The translations under genes were made by a program, and so were the position numbers. Shown in pieces: positions 58,098-64,000 of a stretch of DNA of 64,000 nucleotides (within the stretch, counting starts at the first letter, position 1; each line of letters begins with the position of its first letter). Source of the stretch: Octopus vulgaris (taxonomy: Eukaryota). Location of the stretch: contig OX597836.1 in NCBI GenBank assembly GCA_951406725.2, positions 25,606,001 through 25,670,000 of the forward strand. Direction: 5' to 3'. The notes beneath the pieces were generated by a model. The model ran no database searches and had not been told where the DNA came from. It worked only from the letters and a program-made list of their open reading frames with translations.

Positions 58098-58651
58098 GCC
58101 CTGATGCAGTACCAGGCAGCGGCTCTCATGGCTTCTGATCTTAACTGATTGGAAGTGTTATCATGTACATTGTTTTGTCTTGGTATAAAAGATGGACTAC
58201 AGCAAATATTCTGCTCAATACCACAGATTTGCTTGTCAGTTGTTTGACCTTAACCAGTTGAGCATGTCCCTTAGTGGCTGACGATATGTGCATCTCTGAT
58301 CACGAGCAGAAGTAGTGGGGGAGCATCATAGCCATGTGTTGAGAGGGATTCTTTGGGGTTTGAATAATTCACCTCTGGAAACATGGGTGGTTCTTTCAAC
58401 ATCCTTAAACAACCCTTATTCAGGGACCTTTTGAGCGGGATGGGCTACTCAACCTGAAGAAAATTCTAACTGGGCCCCACCTGCAAGGTCATGTGCTGTT
58501 TATCTTGATATGAGATCACCATGTCGCGCACATATGGTTGTGATGCATGTGCCTGGTGTACCCTTATCAGACGGGTAGTCATGATGGGTATATTGGGCTT
58601 CGTATATTTTACCCCAGTGTCACTTTGATGGCATGAACTGCTCTCTCACTC
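58094..58651. mobile_element. ~560-bp non-coding element embedded in an (AAT)n array
   Basis: High-complexity block with sharp borders, flanked on both sides by long same-orientation (AAT)n. Confidence 0.6.
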
Positions 58652-58770
<119 letters not shown>

Positions 58771-59794
58771 TTGTATTGCCCTAGGTGTTGGGAAGACATT
58801 CGACAAGAAATGGAAACAAAATTGAAAGAAGGAAGTTAATGGGTAATAATAATAATCCTTTCTACTAAAGGTACAAAGCCTGAAATTTTGGGAGAAGATG
58901 TAGTCGATTACTTCGACCCCCAGCGTTCAACTGGTACTGAGTTTATCGGCCCTGAGAGAATGAGAGGCTAAGTCGACCTCGGTGGAATTTGAACTCAAAA
59001 CGTAAAGACGTACGAAAACGTGGCTAAACACTTCGCCCGGCGTCTAACGATTCTGCCAACCCGCTGCCTTAATAATAACAACAATAATAACAACAGCAAC
59101 AATAACAACAGTAGCAGTTCCAAATATCACCTGAACAACAACAATAAGAAAAGTGATAGAGGAGCAGCCCCTCCGCTAACAACTAGCACCCTTGGCATGA
59201 TTTTGGCCCCTTCTTTCCATCAATCACTCCAAAAGGAATAGGGAAATTTAAATATTCGAAAGAACGAAGGTGAAATACATTCACAAGCATTCATCGAAAA
59301 CACCATCAGTCTTGAAGAAATTACTACCCTGGGTGGACATGTGCAGCTGAATTTCCCAAGTCAGTGAAATTCTCAGAAGCTGGAAGTATTTGGAATCATA
59401 ACGATTCTAAATTACTTCAAACCATCACTTTCCTGTGAAGGCCCTCAAAGTTTGTATAAAGTTAAACGCTTGGCAATAATAAGTCGTACATCCCTTCCTT
59501 GAATTACTACACACAGCTCCCACACCACTTATGAATTTAATTCGGTTGTTTTTTACATGATGGTTTCAGCAAGAAATTCTTAACACACACACACACACAC
59601 ACACACACATGCCTACCATCGTCATCAGCAACTGTGTCGTACTTATTTCCTGCTGTCCACTTATACAAAGCCACACTCAATGTCATCTGCACCCTTTGCC
59701 TCTTCTGTATATTCCATATGATAACACAAGGCACATTACCTTGGCGTCCAAAGGAGGACAGAAAGAAGGAAAGAAAGGGGGAAAGAAAGAAGGA

Positions 59795-59858
<64 letters not shown>

Positions 59859-60359
59859 AAACAACAAGAACAGAAGGGATAACAATCCTTTCTGCTGTAG
59901 GCGTAAGGCTTGAAATTTTGGGAGAGGGTTTAGTCGATTACATCGAACACCATTGATCAACTGGTACTTAATTTATCGACTCCCGAAAGGTTGAAAGTCA
60001 AAGTCGACCGCGGCGGAATTTGAACTCAGAACGTGGAGACGAACGAAATGCCACCAAGCTTTTTTCTCCGGCACCACACTAGCGATTCTGCCAGCTCACT
60101 GCCATTATTCTGCCTAATAAGAATAACAACAAAAGTGTTGTTACTCTAATAAGAACGACTACAACAACAGCAACAACATTCAAAGAAATATCAAAGAAAG
60201 AAAGTAGAAAGAGCCTTCCTCCATGTTTCCCCAATCATAAGACCTTTGTTTTATATCTAAACGTTTACTGGATCAATACCCTACTAAGATACCCCGCTCT
60301 TCATAAAAGCCTTACTCAATAGCCACCCATCACCAACACCAACACCAACACCATTGCAC

Positions 60360-60393
<34 letters not shown>

Positions 60394-60813
60394 GTCAGTT
60401 CTGGAGTTTCTCCCCCATCTTCTACTTCACACCACGATCTTGTTGTATGTAATTAGATACAGGATTACGGTCAATTAATAAGGCTGGCTGGTTGGCTGGT
60501 TGGCTGGTTGGCTGATTGCTGCAGCTGCTGCTGTTGCTGTGGTTGTTGTTGTTGTTGTTGTTGTTATAGTGTTGGTGGTGGTGTTCGTGGTTGTAGTTGG
60601 TGCAGTGTTGTTGTTGTTGTTGGTGGTGGTGGGGGGGACATGAAACATTACCGTTTTGCCTCGAGTCAACCTACGAGCAATGACTATCTCCGATCAAAGT
60701 CATTCCAACCGTGACCACCCCGTCTCTCTCCTCTACACAGCCAAACCGTCTACTGTGTTCATTCTGGAAGGATATCATTCGAGTCTTTCTGACTTATCGA
60801 GTGATCACACAGA

Positions 60814-60952
60814 GCAGGGATGGGCGACTTTTTAGGACAGGCGGGCTGCAGGGGACACGGTGTACCACCAGGCACTATTTAAAAAAGATTCAAAATCATT
60901 TTTATGTTGGCGTGCCATTCAGAGAAGTCCGGCGGGCCGCAGTGTGCCCATG
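60814..60952. mobile_element. hAT-like MITE remnant
   Basis: cagggatgggcgact...gcgggctgca at the left and ggcgggccgcagtgtgcccatg at the right form imperfect TIRs of the CAGGG/GCGGGCCGCA type. Confidence 0.5.
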
Positions 60953-61952
60953 AGGATATAGAGGATATTAGTGATTGTGGTGGTGGAGTTGTTGTTGGTG
61001 GTGGATCTTCGAAGGTGCTGGTGAGGGCGGGGGCGTTACTGATGTCTGCAGTCGTGATGGCGATGAGGACTGATTTTGTTCATGGCGCTGTTGATGATGA
61101 TGCCGATGGTGATGTTGAAAGTGTTGATGGAATTCGTAATGGGTTTACATTTTACGATGTCGGTGATGATGATGATGACGATGATGATGGTGGTGGTGGT
61201 GGTGGTGGTGGTGGTGGTGGTGGTGGTGGTGGTGGTGATGGGGGTGATGATGATGATGATGATGATGATTACGATGATGAAGGTATTGACGGAAGTTCTG
61301 GAATTTTTCTATCGGTCATGTTGGTTAATGCAGCTGGGAAGAACCCAGATAACAAAAGAAGGCCGAAAAATATCTGGTTTCTCTCCATAAAGCTCTGAGA
61401 ATAAATTATCGAAGCCAGGCGATTTGTCTCTTTCACATTAACTCACCACGTACCGTATCTCAGCTATCGATAATCAGATTTCCCCTCGAAACCCTCCACA
61501 TTTCCCCTCAAAAGCCGCAAAATATAACTAACTGATGGGAGAGAAGCTGTAAAAGACTCGCAGACCTGCTCAGGCAGCTCCAGCTGGTCAGCAGCTACCG
61601 CAATTCTTTTCCGAATGTAACAATGTGAATTTGAACGAAATACTTCGAATCTTTCAAATGGCGTAGCTGTGTGGTACGAAGTTTGTTCCCAACCACAGAG
61701 TTCCGGTTTCAGTTCCACTCCGTAGTACCTTGAGCAAGTCTCTTCTGCTATAATGTGAGAAGCCTGTCGTGTGTGTATATATATATATACACACGACAGG
61801 CTTCTCACATTTTCCGTCAACCAAATCCACTCACATAGCATTGGTCGGTCTGAAGTTATAGCAGAAGGCAGTTGCTCAAGGTACCACGGAGTGGGACTGA
61901 AACCGGGACCCTGTGGTTGGGAAGCAAACTTCGTACCACACAGCTACGCCAT

Positions 61953-62005
<53 letters not shown>

Positions 62006-62300
62006 CCGTGAATGTGTGAGAGCATGTGTGTGTATGTGTGTGTCTTTGCGTCTGTGTGTGTCTCACACCACCGTTGACGACCACTGTTAGTATGTTTACG
62101 TTCCCGTAACTTAGCGGTTCGGCAAAAGATACCTATAGAATAAGTATCAGGCTTAACAAAAAGAAAAGAAAGAAAACGTTGCACTGGGGTCAATACATTC
62201 TACTAAGGCGGTGCTCCAGAATGGCCGTAGTCTAATGCCTGAAGCGACCAAATAATACAAGATATCCTATTTCTTTGGCCTGTGATTCACCACTATCCCC

Positions 62301-62541
62301 AAATGCAAAAATTTTTTTATAAAAACATTTCAGTACCGGTTTCGGCCATATTGAGACTTTTCAACTGTAAGTATTGAAAACAAATTTTGGAAAAATGAAA
62401 TGAAAATGCTTTTAAAAGAATATTTGCATAGTATTCAAATACAAGGGGCATTTTCCTTGTTTCTGGATCACGTGTGGATCGTCTCTGTATGTAATTTTAT
62501 CCCGATATTCCATTGCATCCTTCCCGCACGCTTGCGTACAC

Positions 62542-62576
<35 letters not shown>

Positions 62577-62862
62577 GCGTACGTGTGTACGTCGTTGTTT
62601 CGAGTCAACGGAGCTTATAATTAAAGGCTTTCCAACAATCACCATCCAGGTTTCTAATCCACAAGAGTAAACAAGAGAGACAGACACAGGCAGAAACAAG
62701 GAAGATGCCTCTTGAATTTGAATACTATGCAAATATTCTTTTAGAAAAACTTTTTATTTAATATTTCCAAAATTTAATTTGTTTTCCATACTTTCAGTTG
62801 AAAAAGTCTCAATGACCGAAACCGGTAGTGAAATGTTTTTTATAAAATTATTTTAGCATTTT
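62301..62862. repeat. Inverted repeat (~165-bp arms 62301-62465 and 62691-62862) with an outward-facing degenerate hammerhead in each arm
   Basis: Arm motif (ttt)cag-UUGAAAA-AGUC-ucaau(au)-GRCC-GAAAC-CG-GUA-ctgaaa at 62328-62368 (-) and 62792-62833 (+). Confidence 0.8.
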
Positions 62863-62878
62863 GCACCTTGACTTTTTT

Positions 62879-62910
<32 letters not shown>

Positions 62911-62913
<3 letters not shown>

Positions 62914-63275
62914 AGCAGTATCGCCCGGCGTTGCTCGGGTTTGTAAGGGAAATAACTATATAAGCACTTTTAGAGAGTTATAGCCAAAAAATAGCAAAAA
63001 AATGGGAAAAAAATGATGGTAATTTTTTTTAAAAATCGTTGACTCATCGTAGACATTTTAGAGAGTTACTTCCCTTATATAATAGCGAAAAAAATGCATT
63101 AAAATGGAAAAAAATGATGGTAAATTTTTTTAAATCGCAGACTCATCGTAGACGCGTGCTAATACCCAGAAGGGCTCGATATGAATCACGACTATTAGAT
63201 ACCCGGTTTTGGTTAAACTGCACCGCAAAATGTGGGAGTAGTTAGGAATCTAAATCGTAGGAGACAGACACACAA
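62911..63275 (+). mobile_element. Non-autonomous Helitron/Helentron-like element
   Basis: Begins after (AT)n with accagc...cccggcgttgctcggg hairpin; internal direct repeats (ttttagagagtta; aaaaaatgatggtaa...gactcatcgtagac); ends in gacagacacac. Confidence 0.55.
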
Positions 63276-63305
63276 GATATCTACTCGTGTATTCCTTTAC
63301 AACCT

Positions 63306-63367
<62 letters not shown>

Positions 63368-63734
63368 AACACATATATATCTTCCTAGAAGGACATGTTT
63401 AATGACATGCGTTCGTCATGGTTTGTCAACGGCCTAATTATGGCTTCTGTTCTACATCGTCTCAGAAACCCGTCTGACGGATTTCGTTCCGCGTTCCGCT
63501 TTGAAAAAAATGTCCGAGCGCCATTTTGACTTCTAAAGCGTTGGTCACAATGCGTTTCGTATTTGCTTCTTCCATTCTTCTGTTGCCGAGCTTATTCATT
63601 AATCTATTGGTTGCTTTGCCAGAGAATTGGATAACGTAGTCCAAGATAAAGCGTGTCTAAATAATAACCCGGATGGACACTGTTGGAAAGCCTTTAATTA
63701 TAAGCTCGGCTGACTCGAAACAAGGATGTGTGTG

Positions 63735-63765
<31 letters not shown>

Positions 63766-64000
63766 TTGTGTGTTTCGTATGCAAGCGTGCGGGAAGGATG
63801 CGATGGAGTATCGGGATGAAATTACATACAGAGACGATCCAAACGTGATCCAATTATGGATTAGAATTGTAATTTATATCACGTCCAGACACACACACAC
63901 ACACACACGCAAGCACTCATACACATACACATACGTACATACATTTATATACATATATGTATGTATATATATATACATACCGGAAATTGTTTTTCTCGGT

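Noticed and set aside
60904-61398. 164-aa Gly/Asp-rich ORF
   Set aside because: Built from (GGT)n and (GAT)n repeats plus a MITE end; no recognisable domain.

Overview
AT-rich, microsatellite-saturated animal DNA whose tRNA-derived SINE repertoire points to an octopus genome (inference). Nearly all ORFs in the supplied track are microsatellite artefacts. The only host coding sequence I can support is two 99-bp, phase-0 exons on the minus strand (55466-55564 and 12216-12314). Each encodes one ankyrin repeat of an ANKDD1A-like protein, and they are separated by a 43,151-bp intron. The rest is intronic mobile DNA: three SINE families, a 184-bp SINE-body tandem array, decayed Penelope-like (Naiad-type) and R4/Dong-type retrotransposons, a Gypsy-type LTR with PBS, a mariner relic with MITEs and a Helentron-like element. 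The most striking unexplained signal is a dense, sequence-diverse set of minimal type I hammerhead ribozyme motifs (four near-canonical, about ten variant or degenerate). Several lie in outward-facing inverted repeats or palindromes, and one lies in a ~344-bp retrozyme-like unit. All structures were read by eye; no searches or folding were run.
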